Assembly: GCF_006345805.1 (NCBI RefSeq)
Contig: NW_021834275.1
Coordinates: 1-53,639, forward strand
Source: Octopus sinensis
Lineage: Eukaryota
Length of the DNA: 53,639 nt
Direction of reading: 5' to 3'
The notes under the pieces were generated by a model. That model was given only the letters and a program-made list of their open reading frames with translations. It did not search any database and was not told the origin of the DNA. The stretch's first letter is position 1, and the number at the start of each line of letters is the position of its first letter. The translations under genes and the position numbers were made by a program. Below are positions 13,060-26,124 of the stretch, piece by piece.

Positions 13060-13079
13060 ATTGCTCTAAATTTCAGTAA

Positions 13080-13322
13080 ATTCCTTCCCGAGTCATGTGG
13101 ATTCATAGGGCCAGTTTCCATGACGTATATATTCACCCACACCCCTAAACGGGACGCCGGTGAATCGCAGGATTACTCATTTTACCAGCTGAGCGAACTG
13201 AAGAAGCAACGTAAAATGAAGTGTTTTGCTCAAGAACACAACTCGTCGCCCGACCCAGGAATCGAAACCACAATCTTACGATAATTGATCCAACATCCTA
13301 ACCACTAAGCCACGCGCCTCTG
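13080..13322 (-). mobile_element. tRNA-derived SINE with CORE-like and Meta/V-like central motifs
   Basis: Head ggcgcgtggcttagtggttagg...ttcgattcc; ttgtgttcttgagcaaaacac; cctgcgattcaccggcgtcccg; tail ggaaactggccctatg shared with 47797-48100. Confidence 0.75.
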
Positions 13323-13858
13323 CCCTATATTTAAAGTAATTCTGAAATGTTCTCATAGCCCCTATTTCTATGTTTATAAGTCAGTAAATGAGGCAAACCA
13401 AGTCGAATTTTAGGTATAATTACGGGTACTAATTTCGTTATGTAGGTTACTGATATGTTAACAATATTTAATTTTCGTACTGAGGACTACTTTCTGCGTA
13501 TTTCCCAAAATTTATGATGTCTCTGTGTTTATCCACGATGATATTGGATAACGAATATAATAAAGTGCATTACGAGTGTTTTATGTATCTAAAGAATTTA
13601 ATCAATTTATCTAATGTAAAAACACGGCGACGGATAACCTCTTTATGTATAATCCATAGCCATTTTTAATATGAAAAATAAACACTGCCGGTACATCAGC
13701 ACACACACACACGCGCGCGCGCGCGCGCAAACACGCAAACACGCAAACACTAACACACACACATTGCCGGTACATCAGCATATGTATATATATGTGTGTG
13801 TGTGTTTATTTGTTTGTACAAGTATCTGTGTGTTTATGTGTGTATCTATCTCTATAAA

Positions 13859-13919
<61 letters not shown>

Positions 13920-14567
13920 GTGTTCTTTTATTCTTTTACTTGCTTCAGTCATGTGACTGCGGCCATGCTGTAGCACCACCTTTTAACAAATATATATGTA
14001 TGTATGAATGTGTGTATGCGTGTGTCTGTATACAAATATATACACATACACACTCACACCCATACACACTCACACCCATACACACTCACAAACATACACA
14101 CACATACACATACGCATATACATATATTCTTCACATCAGACAAATAGATCACAGTTCACTCTGCACAAAAAAATGTGTTAATAGATGAAACACCTTTGAT
14201 CTTAGCTGATCTAGAACTAACAATATGATCAGTTATCTCTATATTTATTTTAGATTCCTTCACCATTTCTATTCTGCGCATACTCTTTTTTCCTATTACT
14301 CCACTCTCTCTCTCATACTTGTTTCCTCCTTTGTTTGCGCATGCGTAGGCGCGCGTGTGTGTATTTGTAATAAATTAGTGAAAGCCAGATCGGTGGCATT
14401 CGCATCATTGGCAAACTCTTTTAAACAGTTCAGCTCAAAGTGTTGACAGCCAGCCCACACATCGATACGTTACTAATAATTTTCAGTTTAGGTACAGAAC
14501 CAGCAACTTTGAGAAGTTTATTGATACCATTGATTCATGTACCTGTTTGATATTTTATGTTATCGAC

Positions 14568-14723
14568 TGTGGCTGTGTGTTAAGTAGCAAGCTTACCTAC
14601 CACATGGTTTCTGGGTTCAGTCCCACTGCGTGGTACCTTGGGTAAGTGTTTTCTACTCTAGCCTCGGGCCAACCAAAGCCTTGTGAATGGATTTGGTCGA
14701 AGGAAACTGAAAGAAGTCAGCCG

Positions 14724-14769
<46 letters not shown>

Positions 14770-15010
14770 TGTGTACGTGTGTGTGTGTGTGTGTGTGTGT
14801 GTGAGTGTGTGTGTATGTGTGTTTGTGTGTATTTGTGTGTCTGTGTTTGTCCCCCTAGCATTGCTTGACAACCGATGCTGGTGTGTTTACATCCCCGTCA
14901 ATTAGCAGTTCGGCAAAAGAGACCGATAGATTAAGTACTAGGCTTACAAAGAATAGGCAGTACTCCAGCATGGCCGCAGTCAAATGACTGAAACAAGGAA
15001 AAGAGTAAAA
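14568..15010 (+). mobile_element. SINE family B, near full length
   Basis: gtggctgtgtg..ggttcagtccc head, ccttgggtaagtgt CORE-like motif, internal (TG)n, aaaagagt tail. Confidence 0.9.
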
Positions 15011-15550
15011 GATGAAAAACAAAGCTCCGTATGGTTTGAAAACAACGCTTACCTCAGAGTTATTTGAACACTGGACGTAAAAAATGTTTGGATTTATAAT
15101 GCTCGAAAAAAAAACTGTAAAAAGCAAAGAATAATGTAGAAGTATGGGCCATTGGGGAGGAATATTTGGTAAGGTCGTATAGTGTGATATCTGAAGGGTT
15201 CAGAATAATGAGAGGAAGAGAGAGAGGAAGGAAAGTGTGTCTTGTTTCGGGATGGAGGAAATATGCAGTAAACTAAATCAGATGAAATTGATGTAGAACG
15301 TGTGGAAGGGACCGAGGGAAGCAATAATGAAATGGTTGACTTTCTTGTAAAGAAATGTTTATTTATGAATTGATTTCGAATTATTGTTAGTAAACAGCTG
15401 CTCCAGCTTGTTAATCAGCACGGTGAGGTTCAGCAGCGGAAATATCTTGGATTGATCAAGCAGAATTCCTGATGTTCGAATCGAAATATAGTCAGTGATG
15501 GTTCAATAAAAGCTGTGTATCGGTTTATGAAATAGTGTTTGATCATCACC

Positions 15551-15611
<61 letters not shown>

Positions 15612-15711
15612 CTATTATTATTGTATAGCGCAATTGTTAAGAGTGGGGGTTACTAACCCCAAGATTGCGAGTTCAATTCCAGGCAGTACCTTGAAATAAT
15701 AATAATAATAA

Positions 15712-15753
<42 letters not shown>

Positions 15754-15824
15754 TATAAAGATAATAATAATAATAATAATATAATAATAATAATAATAAT
15801 AGCAACATGAGAGAAACAGATAGG

Positions 15825-16027
15825 CGCAGCAGTAGCTGTGTGGTAGGTAGCTTGCTTGCCAACTACATGGTTCCGGGTTCAGTCCCACTGCATAACACCT
15901 TGGGCAAGTGTCTTCTACTATAGCCACGGTCCGACCAAAGCCTTGTGAGTGGATTTGGTAGACGGAAACTGAAAGAAGCCCGTCGTATATATGTATATAT
16001 ATATATGTGTGTGTGTGTGTCTGTGTG

Positions 16028-16058
<31 letters not shown>

Positions 16059-16265
16059 ATGTATATAATTGTGTGACTGTATTTGTCCCCGCAACATCGC
16101 TTCACAACCGATGCTGGTCTGTTTAGCGGTTCGGCAAAAGAGGCCGATAAAATAAGTACTAGGCTTCCAAAGAATAATTCCTGGGTTCGATTTGCTCGAC
16201 TAAAGGCGGTGATCCGGCATGGCCGCAGTCAAATGACTGAAACAAGTAAAAAGAATAAAAAAAAG
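15825..16265 (+). mobile_element. SINE family B, full length
   Basis: Same architecture as the other family B copies. Confidence 0.9.
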
Positions 16266-16289
16266 AGAACAACAACAAAAAAACCCCCC

Positions 16290-16450
16290 AAGAATGAGAA
16301 CACAGGGCTGGGTTCAAAATTCCACCGGGACACCTGATGAAGGCTGGAGAATAAATCAGCCGAAACGTTGTGGTAACAACAAACAAGATGAGGACATATC
16401 CGTGAAATGTAAATAATGTACAAAATTCCTTATCTCTAAGATATTGAACA
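16290..16450 (+). mobile_element. Penelope-like terminal repeat candidate, family H2
   Basis: Aligns with 39250-39435; carries a hammerhead core. Confidence 0.6.
16331..16372 (+). ncRNA. Minimal type I hammerhead ribozyme, core intact (GUU site)
   Basis: CAC CTGATGA A GGCTG gagaataaat CAGCC GAAAC GTT GTG: stem I CAC/GTG, 5-bp stem II, loopless palindromic AC/GU stem III, extra A after A9. Confidence 0.7.
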
Positions 16451-16509
16451 GTATCATCATCATCATTATCATCATCGTCATTAGTTTTCTCCTTCTTAAT
16501 TATTATTAT

Positions 16510-16950
16510 AAGGCGGCGAGCTGGCGAAATCGTTTGCACTCCGGGCGAAATGCGTAAGCGGTATTTCGTCTACCGCTACGTTCTGATTTCAAATTCCGCC
16601 GAGGTCGACGTTGCCCTTCATCATGTTGGTGTCGATAAAATAATTACCATTTGAGTACTGGGGTCGATGTAATAGAGTTACTCTCACCCTAGAAATTGCT
16701 GGCCTTGTACCAAAATTTGAAAACATTATTATTTAGGCAGTGAGCTGGCAGTAACGTTATAGCATGTCGTGTAAAATGCAGCCATTTCTTTTGTCTTGCG
16801 TTTTGAGTTTAATTTCCGCCGATGTCAACTCTGCCTTTCATCCTTCCGATAAAACAAAAACCAGTCAAGCATTTGAGATCAATGTAATCGAATTACCTAC
16901 TCTCTCGAAATACCTAGCCTTGTGCCACAATTTGAAACCGCTAATATTAG
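16510..16950 (+). mobile_element. Two tandem SINE family A copies
   Basis: Heads at about 16512 and 16735, each preceded by (ATT)n. Confidence 0.85.
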
Positions 16951-17269
16951 AGTTGCTGAGATGCAATATGCAGATGGCTCAGAATGCCAAAATATTTTGT
17001 ATATCCGACAACAGCGATTAACTTATGCAGATATATATATATATATATATAAAGATTGAATAGCTATGGTGGTGCTAATAGTAACAATTGGATGATTTTA
17101 GTGCAGCAGTATCCATGTTGATGTGCCAAGTCTGAAGTTAAATCTCACCGTTCTGGAACGTCTGCAAAAAAAGGATCAAAGACATCGTTGTACACACACT
17201 AAGACGTTAAAATCTTCAAAAAGTGGACGTGTGTTATGTTGACGGATCTTGCTTATTTCAGTCAATGGC

Positions 17270-17640
17270 CATGCTACGACTCTACCTTGAAGGATTCTAC
17301 CAAACAAATTGACGGAATTGACTTATTTTTTTCTAAAAAAATTGGTACTTATTCTATCGGTCTCGTTTGTCAAACCGCTATGTTACGGTTACGTAAAGAA
17401 ACCAACACCGGTTGTCAATCGGTGGTGGTCAAGCACGAACACAATATATTACAAATACAGATATACTTTAACATACGATTAGGGTTTCTACACAGTTTCC
17501 GCCTACAGAATTGATGCACGCAAGGCATTGGTGGACCTGGGGCCACTCTAGAAGACATTTGCACGCGGTACAGTGCAGTGAAATCGAACTCAGAACCATG
17601 TGGTTGCAAAACGAGATTCATGATCGCTCAACCGTTTATT
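17270..17640 (-). mobile_element. SINE family B, old and diverged
   Basis: gtacttattctatcggtctc...acagtttccgcctac...gaaccatgtggttg recognisable. Confidence 0.7.
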
Positions 17641-18544
17641 CAAATATTCTTCGTCTCTAAAGATATAGTTAATAGTCTGGAAATTCATAATCTTATTAAC
17701 AACAACAACGCGTCACAGACATTTAATGAAAAAATTCAATTACCGAGTAAAACCATAAAGATAACGGTTTGTCGTATTCAGTATAATAAACAACATAACA
17801 TTTAAATGTTCTCTATTGTAAGAGAAAATATAAAAAATTAATATACCACATATATCCATCATGATATAGAAAATTTACCGTGTCTATTTTTTCTAATGCC
17901 TATAGAAATATAAACAAACAAGTCTACTAGTTAATGAAGTCATGCTATTATTATAATTAATTTTATGGTTTTATAATGAAACATACATGATTACGTGATT
18001 ACAGAGCATTCACAATAATGAACTTATTTTTAATACATAAACGTATATCTGTGAGTGTGTGTTTATATAAGCACGTATGTATGTATATATGTATGTATAT
18101 TTATACATATGTATATATATATATATAGGTGTGTGTATTAAAAATATGATAAACGCATGTACGTTATCGAATCAACATTATTTATACAAGACGCAAGAAG
18201 TTTTTGAGGAAATAATGGATCACAAACACATCATATAATGAAAATATTGGATATTTAATACAAGTCGCCTTTCCTGACACCTTGATGTTATCTTGTATAT
18301 AAGCAGTTGCTGACATCCTGTGTGGCTGGTATACATTCTAATAATAATAATAATAATAATAATGATAATAATAATAATGATAATAATGATGATGGTGATG
18401 ATGATAATAATAATAATACACACACAAACACACACAGACACACACATATATCTATATAAGCCTTAACGCGGCATAAGCGCACACACTCCCCTCTCGCCTT
18501 CACAATTTTCTATCTGTTTCTTTCTCTGTCTCCCCCTTCCTCTT

Positions 18545-18579
<35 letters not shown>

Positions 18580-19120
18580 TTCTCTCTCGTTCCTCACACG
18601 TGACCATCGTCCACCTTTCTTTTCCTCACTTGACCATCGTTCTTTTTCTGCAGAGACGTTAAAAAGAACGGACGTGATTTTTCTCTCTCTTCTGTCTTTT
18701 GTCGTTTTAAAAAATGTTTCTCCCAATGTTCACTATTTTCCACTCGTTCTGGTCTAATGATCCTCCATGTTTGTTTTCGTTCGGTTTCCTTGTATGTCTT
18801 CACTGTCATGATTTTATTCCCAACTTTGAGCCACCTTAAATCCTAAATTTTATTCTAGAATCTACGGGAGTCTTTGAAGATTCATATTGACGTTGAATGC
18901 TCGTAATGAGGAGTAGATAGACAGCTGACAACTGATGAAGGGCCCTTTCTCTGTGCTTACTTGTCCGATTTTACATTTTTTCTCGTTGTTTACATATTTC
19001 GTGTTATTTGCACTGTTGGTGACGTCCTCTACCCATGTATGCATGTGTAAATATACATACACTCCTACAGATCAAAATGTATTAAAGGATTTCTTTGCCT
19101 TATTATTTGCATTATGTATA

Positions 19121-20857
19121 CTAGCAAATAGACCGCCGTCCGAGCGGTTTTCTGCTAGCCACATGATATTTTCCCATTTGATTCGCAATTCTAATAATTT
19201 TTATGATATTTTACGTGTACATATTTCTTTGTATAATAGTACTCATTTGTTTAATCAATATTGCTTTCATTATTTTATCACAGTCATAATTTCACTTTTT
19301 GAAACAAACATCAAGGTAGTCCAAATATCGAGGGGGGAAAAGAGTTTGTCAAGTTTTACCTTCCTCGCAAAGCAACAGATAGATTGTTTCTGCTAAAAAG
19401 ATTGCTATCCATAGTGATTTAAAGAAAGATTTACGCAAACAATATTCATTTTAATAGCATACTTCTCTGTTAAAAAATGCTTTTCTTGCACACACACACA
19501 CACGGCTTCGCTTGATTGAGGTGGGGGGTAAACATTTAGATTACCCTTTTTTAATTGCTTATATTCCACCAGTGGACCACGTGTTACTTCGGCATTATCA
19601 TTCTATAAAATATCTTTAATGGAAGAAAAATATTCTTTTCTACTCTAGGGACAAGGTCCAAAATTTTGGGGAGGCGACAAGTCGATTAGAGCGACCATAG
19701 TACGCAATTGGTATTTAATTTATCGACCCGGAATGGATGAAAGCAAAGTCGACCCCGGCGGAATTTGTAATCAGAACGTAAAGACAAACGAAATAACGCT
19801 AAGCATTCCGCCAGGCGTGCAAACGTTCCTTATTTCTTTATTGCCCACAATGAGCTAAACATAGAGGGGACAAACAAGGACAGACAAGGGGATTATGTTG
19901 ATTACATGGACCCCAGTGCGTAACTGGTACTTAATTTATCGACCCCAAAAGGATGAAAGGCAAGGACGACCTCGGTGGAATTTGAACTCAGAACGTAGCG
20001 GCAGACGAAATACCTATTTCTTTACTGCCCACAAAGGGGTAAACATAGAGAGGACAATCAAGACAGACAAACGATTAAGTCGATTATATCGACCCAGTGC
20101 GTAATGGTACTATTAATCGACCCCAAAACGATGAGAGGCAAAGTCGACCTCGGCGGAATTTGAACTCAGAACGTAAAGGCAGACTAAATACCGCTAAGCA
20201 TTTCACCCGGCGTGGTAGCGTTTCGCCAGCTCGGCGCCTTAATCGGAGAAAAATATTGAAAATACAATACATGTGAAAATGGAGGGTGATTTGGGTTGTG
20301 CTAGAAACAGCAGCTAAACATTCCTTGAATTGTTCACCTTTTCCTCTGAAAATATTTACAATTTTTCTTTTTTGCCAAAAAGGCTCCTCCCATGGTTTTT
20401 AAGTTTCAAAATGTACACAATCGGCCAGGATAGTTATTATTGTAAGGGTTATGGCGTTCCAAACAGCCATAACAACAAAACACTTCTTAAAAAAAATTAT
20501 ACCGGTGCATTAAAAAAATCCTTATTTTATCAAAAATATTTATTTACCAAACTTCAGAAACTTATAATATTCTTGAAATTCTGCATCGTATCGAAGTTAT
20601 ACAGCTATTTGAGAAACACTGATTTAATCTAAATTTGAGACACCAGCAAAAGACGGATTTCGACTGATGTACTTGCGCGTACAAATGCACGTTCCCACGG
20701 CTTTATCGATCGCATTCTCATCTGGAATCGATATTTGTAAGACTTATACACGCCCTGATACCGTTGGTATCTACATATAAAATTTAAGCACAATCGGAAG
20801 GAGGATGCCCGAGATCCTATAAGACACACAGACAGACATAACGGATTTTATATAATA
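19121..20857 (-). mobile_element. Probable non-autonomous Helitron with nested SINE A array
   Basis: Minus-strand 3' end CCGCTCGGACGGCGGT hairpin + CTAG|T at 19121; 5'-type end (t)tatataaaatccgttatgtctgtctgt at about 20857. That both ends belong to one element is an inference. Confidence 0.5.
19640..20240 (-). mobile_element. Head-to-tail trimer of SINE family A
   Basis: One full monomer followed by two 5'-truncated monomers. Confidence 0.85.
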
Positions 20858-20892
20858 TATATATATATATCTCAATACATACATATACTTGC

Positions 20893-20927
<35 letters not shown>

Positions 20928-20945
20928 AGAGAGAGAGAGATATGC

Positions 20946-20976
<31 letters not shown>

Positions 20977-21088
20977 TATGCATATATATTATATATATAT
21001 ATATTTAATGTAAGATAAAAAAATTTTCGAAGAAAAAAATTATATCAATGGCCAGCATATTAAAAAATACCTTTAACGGTTAAAATTA

Positions 21089-21426
21089 TAAACAACTTAT
21101 AAATAGGGGCAAACGAAAAAATTTGTAATGCCTAATATGCCGAAAATTGGACGTATTGTTCATAACCATATAATTTTTCACAATACGCACGCTGCTCGAA
21201 AACAAATCCGACAGAAATTTCTAAAGAAATCCATTATTACCATATCGGACCGATTTCAAGGTTAGTTCGTAAAAACCCTGAAATCGGTCCGATATGATAA
21301 TAATGGAATTTTTTATTCGAGTAGCGTACGTATTGTGAAAAATTATATGGTTATGGACAATATGTCCAATTTTCGGCATATTACACATTAGAATTATTTC
21401 GTTTGCCCCTATTTATAAGTTGTTTA
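21089..21426. mobile_element. Foldback MITE-like element, about 338-bp palindrome
   Basis: Arms taaacaacttataaataggggcaaacgaaa...ggaccgatttca / tgaaatcggtcc...tttcgtttgcccctatttataagttgttta; TA at both termini; spacer about 14-20 nt. Confidence 0.85.
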
Positions 21427-21450
21427 CATATATAAGATATATATATATAG

Positions 21451-21479
<29 letters not shown>

Positions 21480-21482
<3 letters not shown>

Positions 21483-21640
21483 GCATATGTATATATACGA
21501 CAGGCTTCATTCACTTCCGTTCAACAAATCCATCCACAAGACATTGCTCCGTCCGAAACTATAGCAGAAAGCCATTTCTTAAAGTTAAATACTTTGGAAC
21601 TGCACCGGGAACTATGTGGCTGGGAGCATAGACTGATGTC
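21480..21640 (-). mobile_element. SINE family B, diverged 5' half
   Basis: acgacaggcttc..ttccgttcaacaaatccat..actatagcagaa..gaactatgtgg. Confidence 0.6.
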
Positions 21641-22074
21641 GTTGCAGACTTTAATTGTATGCATAATTTGCAAATTTCACTGTAAAATGATATCACATCT
21701 GGTTTTGGTATTTTAAACATCCATTTTCAAACTTTATAATATTACACTAGATATTACTTTACATTATATTATATTGGATGTTAAGGAATTATTGTAGCAT
21801 TGAACTGGCGTGTGATAAGAAATAAACGCCTGCGAGGAAATGGTTACCACTGCAAACAATTTTCTTCTGACATGTATCTTACCCTTGTCAGCAAATACTG
21901 GCATGTAGCAAATTATTAGTGTTTTGTTTGTTTGTTTGTTTGTTTGTGTTTGTTTGTTTGTTTGTTTGTTTGTATGTATGTATGATGTATGTAATGTATG
22001 TTATGTATTATGTATGTATGTATGTATGTTGTATGTATGTTTTTGTTTGTTTTGTTTTTTGTTTTTTTCCAGTT

Positions 22075-22262
22075 TCAGCTCTTGATCTGTGGCCATCTGG
22101 GCACCGCCATTGTGGTGAAGAGTCAATCAGGGATCACCACCCCCTGCCGGAGCCTCGTAGAGCTTTTAGGTGTTTCGCTCATAAACAACACAAACGCCCG
22201 TCTGAGAATCGAAACCGCGATCCTGCGACCGCGAGTCCGCTGCCCTAACCACTAGGCCATTG

Positions 22263-22264
<2 letters not shown>
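22075..22264 (-). mobile_element. SINE family C (tRNA-Arg-like head), 3'-truncated
   Basis: ggcgcaatggcctagtggttagggcagcggacTCGcggtcgcaggatcgcggtttcgattc. Confidence 0.8.
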
Positions 22265-22299
<35 letters not shown>

Positions 22300-22305
22300 C
22301 TATAT

Positions 22306-22336
<31 letters not shown>

Positions 22337-22624
22337 GTGCATATATATATACATATATTTATACACATATACATACATATATATATATATACATATACAT
22401 ATATGTGTGTGTTTATATATGTATAATGTATACATATATATATATTGTGTGTGTGTGTATGTATGTATAACAAAAGACAATCACTGAAAAATCTCAACTG
22501 ATTAAATCTTAACAATGACATACTATATGTACATATACATATATACAAATAAATATGTACATATTTATATATATAATATATCTATATATTATATATATAT
22601 ATATATAATATATATATATATATA

Positions 22625-22900
22625 ACGGAAAGCTTTATGAAAATAAACAAAAACGAAGGCAGGTGGAGTACAAACAAACAATTGTATTAGTATGGCGCTC
22701 AGGAATATAAATAAAACAAGTCTTTTACGTTTCGAGCCTACGCTCTTCAACAGAAAGATACACAGAAAAGAAACACGGAGAGAAACAAGGAGAGAGAAAA
22801 AAATGCGTGCAGAAGCTAGCGATTCAACATGGCCATCTGATTCCGGCCAGAAGTCAGAGATCAGACGTGAGATCGAAAGTAGGGGAGATAACAGGGTCAA
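22625..22900 (-). mobile_element. Penelope-like terminal repeat candidate, family H3
   Basis: Aligns with 29574-29745 and 50865-51047. Confidence 0.6.
22722..22757 (-). ncRNA. Minimal hammerhead variant, U at core position 6 (GUA site)
   Basis: CTTT CTGTTGA A GAGC GTAG GCTC GAAAC GTA AAAG. Confidence 0.6.
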
Positions 22901-23539
22901 ATGACTTCGCCCCAACATAATGGTGCGTGTGTGTATGAGAGAGTATGTAGTGCGTGTGAAAGGTCTGGACGCGTGTATGTATGTATGATGTGATGTGTAA
23001 TGTCGTATGGTGTAGTGTAGAGAGAGGAGATAAGGGGGAGAGGGGAGGAGGAGGGGGGATAGATGAGGGTGAGGGTCAGAGGGGGAGTAAGGGGGAGAAG
23101 GAAAGAGGAGAAGAGGAGGGAGGAGGGAGGAGGGATATAGATATACAAATAAATATATACGTAAATGTATGTCTGTGTGTATGTGTATATATATATATAT
23201 ATGTAGGTAAACAGTAAAATTAAATATATATATATATACACTCATATATATGCATGTATGAATACTTCTGTTGTACTTGTTTTTTACTCTCTCTCGTTCT
23301 CGTTTTTCCAAACGTTTCAATCCTTTCTCCATGTTCTTTCTGCTTTCTTCTAGTTTCTAGTTTTCTATAATTTTCTTATTTTTTTGCTATTTTTGCTTAT
23401 TGATTTTGAAACTGTGTCTTGTAACGTAGTTTCTGTTTTTGTCTTTCTTTATAAATCGTTTTTTTTTTCATATTTTTTATTATTTGCCTGCCTCAACGGC
23501 ATTTTTATATTTTCGTTTCATTGCTTCATCATCACTGAC

Positions 23540-23800
23540 TCAACCAGCACCAGTACCAGCACTAGCACCACTACCACCAGCACCACCACCAGCACCACCA
23601 CCAGCACCACCACCACCAGCACCACCACCACCACCACTACCACCACCACCACGATCGTTATCTTTATCCGCAACCTTCTTCATTATCTTCGACTTGTTGT
23701 TTGTATCATCATACTCATCCTCATCCTTCTCTTCCTCGTCCTCCTCCTCGTCCTTCTCCTCCTCCTCCTCCTCCTCCTCCTCCTCATTATTATTTAGCAT
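23540..23800. repeat. (CCA/CCAGCA)n and (TCC)n low-complexity block
   Basis: Directly visible. Confidence 0.9.
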
Positions 23801-24946
23801 TTTCTTCTTCCTTGTTTACAGTTTTTTTTTTCATGTTTATTTTCAGGTTATTATTGTTCAGTTTTGTCACTTTTCTACTTCTTCATTATATTTTGTTCTT
23901 TCTCCTGTTTCTTCGGGGTTTTTTTCGACTTCCTCTCCTTTTTTTTCTTATTTTCACTCTTGCATTGCCTTTATGTCATGTTATGCTTAATTCTTCATCT
24001 ACTTAAGACCAATTTATTTTCCTTCAAATTCCTGCCAAATTTCTTCTCCTTCTTACCCCGCCCCCATCCCACCCCGCTGTATGGATGCCGTGTCTCCTTT
24101 CTAGATTAATTATTCTTCACGCTAAACATTCTCGTCTTTAATTATCCTTGAAAACAAAACAAAGGAATGAAACCAGTAAAACAAAACACACAATTAAAAA
24201 TAATAAAACAGAAATCTCTCCCCCACCCCTACACACAAATACATACAATGATACACAAACATACAAACATTAAAAATTTCAACAAAGACGCGAAACCAGA
24301 AAAACAACAAAATACTGGCCGCTTTTCAAACAGAAGATACTATGGTAACCACAAAGAATCTTTTCTGTCAAAGATATCTTCGTAAATAAAGATCAGAGAG
24401 ATAAGAATACGGCAAAATCCGAACCCATATCTTTAAGACCCTTGTAGGATTGTAAAAGAAGGTCAAAAATAAAGACAAAAGAAAAAACAAGTGGGGAATT
24501 TTGAATAACAATAATTTTCAGTTTTGGCATATCGCCATATATTTTAGAAGAAGGGTATCTTCGTTTAATTCGACCTTTCTTCTCGTTTAGTACACTTTTA
24601 TCGACCCCAGAAAGATGAAAGTCACACGCGATGTTTAAAGGATTTGATCGAAGAACGTAAAGGGAGTTAATTAAAACGAAAAAACAACATTGTTTTGTAT
24701 TTTGCGGAACACTTTTCTTCTGCTGTCACACACAACAGCATAAGCGGAGACAAAAGCTTTTTTTTTTTCTTTTTTGCGGAAAACAAAGAATAAAAATGAC
24801 TTTTAGCTTATTGCGAGTAAATCAAACCAATATGTCAAATCTATTCTAAGAAGACGGACATTATTTGAAGCTAAAAATTAGAAACATCAATGCAAGGTAT
24901 CGACTCTGAAATCCAAGATTTGCAATAAAACGGAACAGCACCTACA

Positions 24947-24990
<44 letters not shown>

Positions 24991-24995
24991 TAATA

Positions 24996-25024
<29 letters not shown>

Positions 25025-25036
<12 letters not shown>

Positions 25037-25197
25037 ATTTCAAGGGAGAGGACTAGTCGATTACATCGACCCCAGTGCTTCACTGGTACTTAATTCATCG
25101 AACCCGAAATGCGAATTTGAACTCAGAGCGTAACAACGGGCGAATTACCACTAGGCATTTCGCCCGGCATGCTAACAATTCTGCCAGCTCGCCGTCC
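25025..25197 (-). mobile_element. SINE family A between (ATG)n/(TAA)n tracts
   Basis: gtcgattacatcgaccccagt...gaactcaga...ctgccagctcgcc. Confidence 0.85.
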
Positions 25198-25217
25198 TAA
25201 TGATGTTGTTGATGATG

Positions 25218-25275
<58 letters not shown>

Positions 25276-25619
25276 TGATGATTATTATGATGATTATTAT
25301 GATGATTTCTTCGACTAGCCACATGAGCATGGATGAAGGGAACATCTCAAGGACAGTCTACAATATGTGTGGAGATTTATATAAAAATGAAGAGAAAGAA
25401 CTGGAAAAGACGGTGAAATGCGACAGAATTATACACAGTATACAAAGTATGTGATAACATGAGTGATGCAGTCTTCCTGATACGCGAGAAGCTCCAACTA
25501 GGGTCAAATAAGGAATTCTACGAGTTCAAGATTACCCTGACCAGCAAAGGCATGAGCCCTCATCCAAATATGGTTCTCCAATCTGCAAGCGCATGTTTAG
25601 AACTGGGCCATACAAAGTA

Positions 25620-26124
25620 CCGTAAATCCTCGAGTATAGTCCGCCCTTGAGTATAATACGCAGGGGATATTTAGGGGGCTGTACCTCTGAAAAACCTAAA
25701 CCTTGTATACGCACCCCTTCTCTAACTTGAGTCAAGGAGGTCTATATAACGTCCTTGGTTTGTAAAACTGTATATGGTAACGTCCTTTATTATTATTGTA
25801 TATATAACAATGCAAACGTGTAGCTTTTTTGTGCATTCTGTTTGCAGAAAATAAAGAAATAACAGTAATAACATTTAATAAATGTTGCTTAGTGCAAGTT
25901 ATGGATGATTCTTTTATGCCTTCATTGATTTGAGGCGTAGCTTAAGGTATTTTCGCGCCCGACATCACAAAATACGTCTGAATAAAGATTGCCGGACAGC
26001 AAATAGAGACTCGGACATTGCTTAGAAAATAATTTTCATTTTTAACTTCATATATAGTACGCACTAGGGATTTTGACCTTTCAATTTTGGGAAAAAAATA
26101 CGGATTATACTCGAGGATTTACGG
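25620..26124. mobile_element. Non-autonomous Tc1/mariner-superfamily (pogo/Tigger-like) element, 505 bp
   Basis: 24-bp TIRs CCGTAAATCCTCGAGTATA(G/A)TCCG with one mismatch; TA TSD at 25618-25619 and 26125-26126; empty-site copy at 25441-25460. Confidence 0.9.

Noticed and set aside
22190-22264. tRNA-Arg(TCG)-like sequence (also 47797 and 15645)
   Set aside because: The acceptor stem does not close and it runs into a SINE body: these are SINE heads, not tRNA genes.
23439-23990. Pro/Ser-rich 183-aa ORF resembling a formin or extensin linker
   Set aside because: Built from CCA/TCC microsatellites, open on both strands, with no splice signals or flanking domain.
25315-25455. HMSMDEGNISRTVYNMCG resembling an RTE RT C-terminus
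   Set aside because: Similarity too loose to call by eye.
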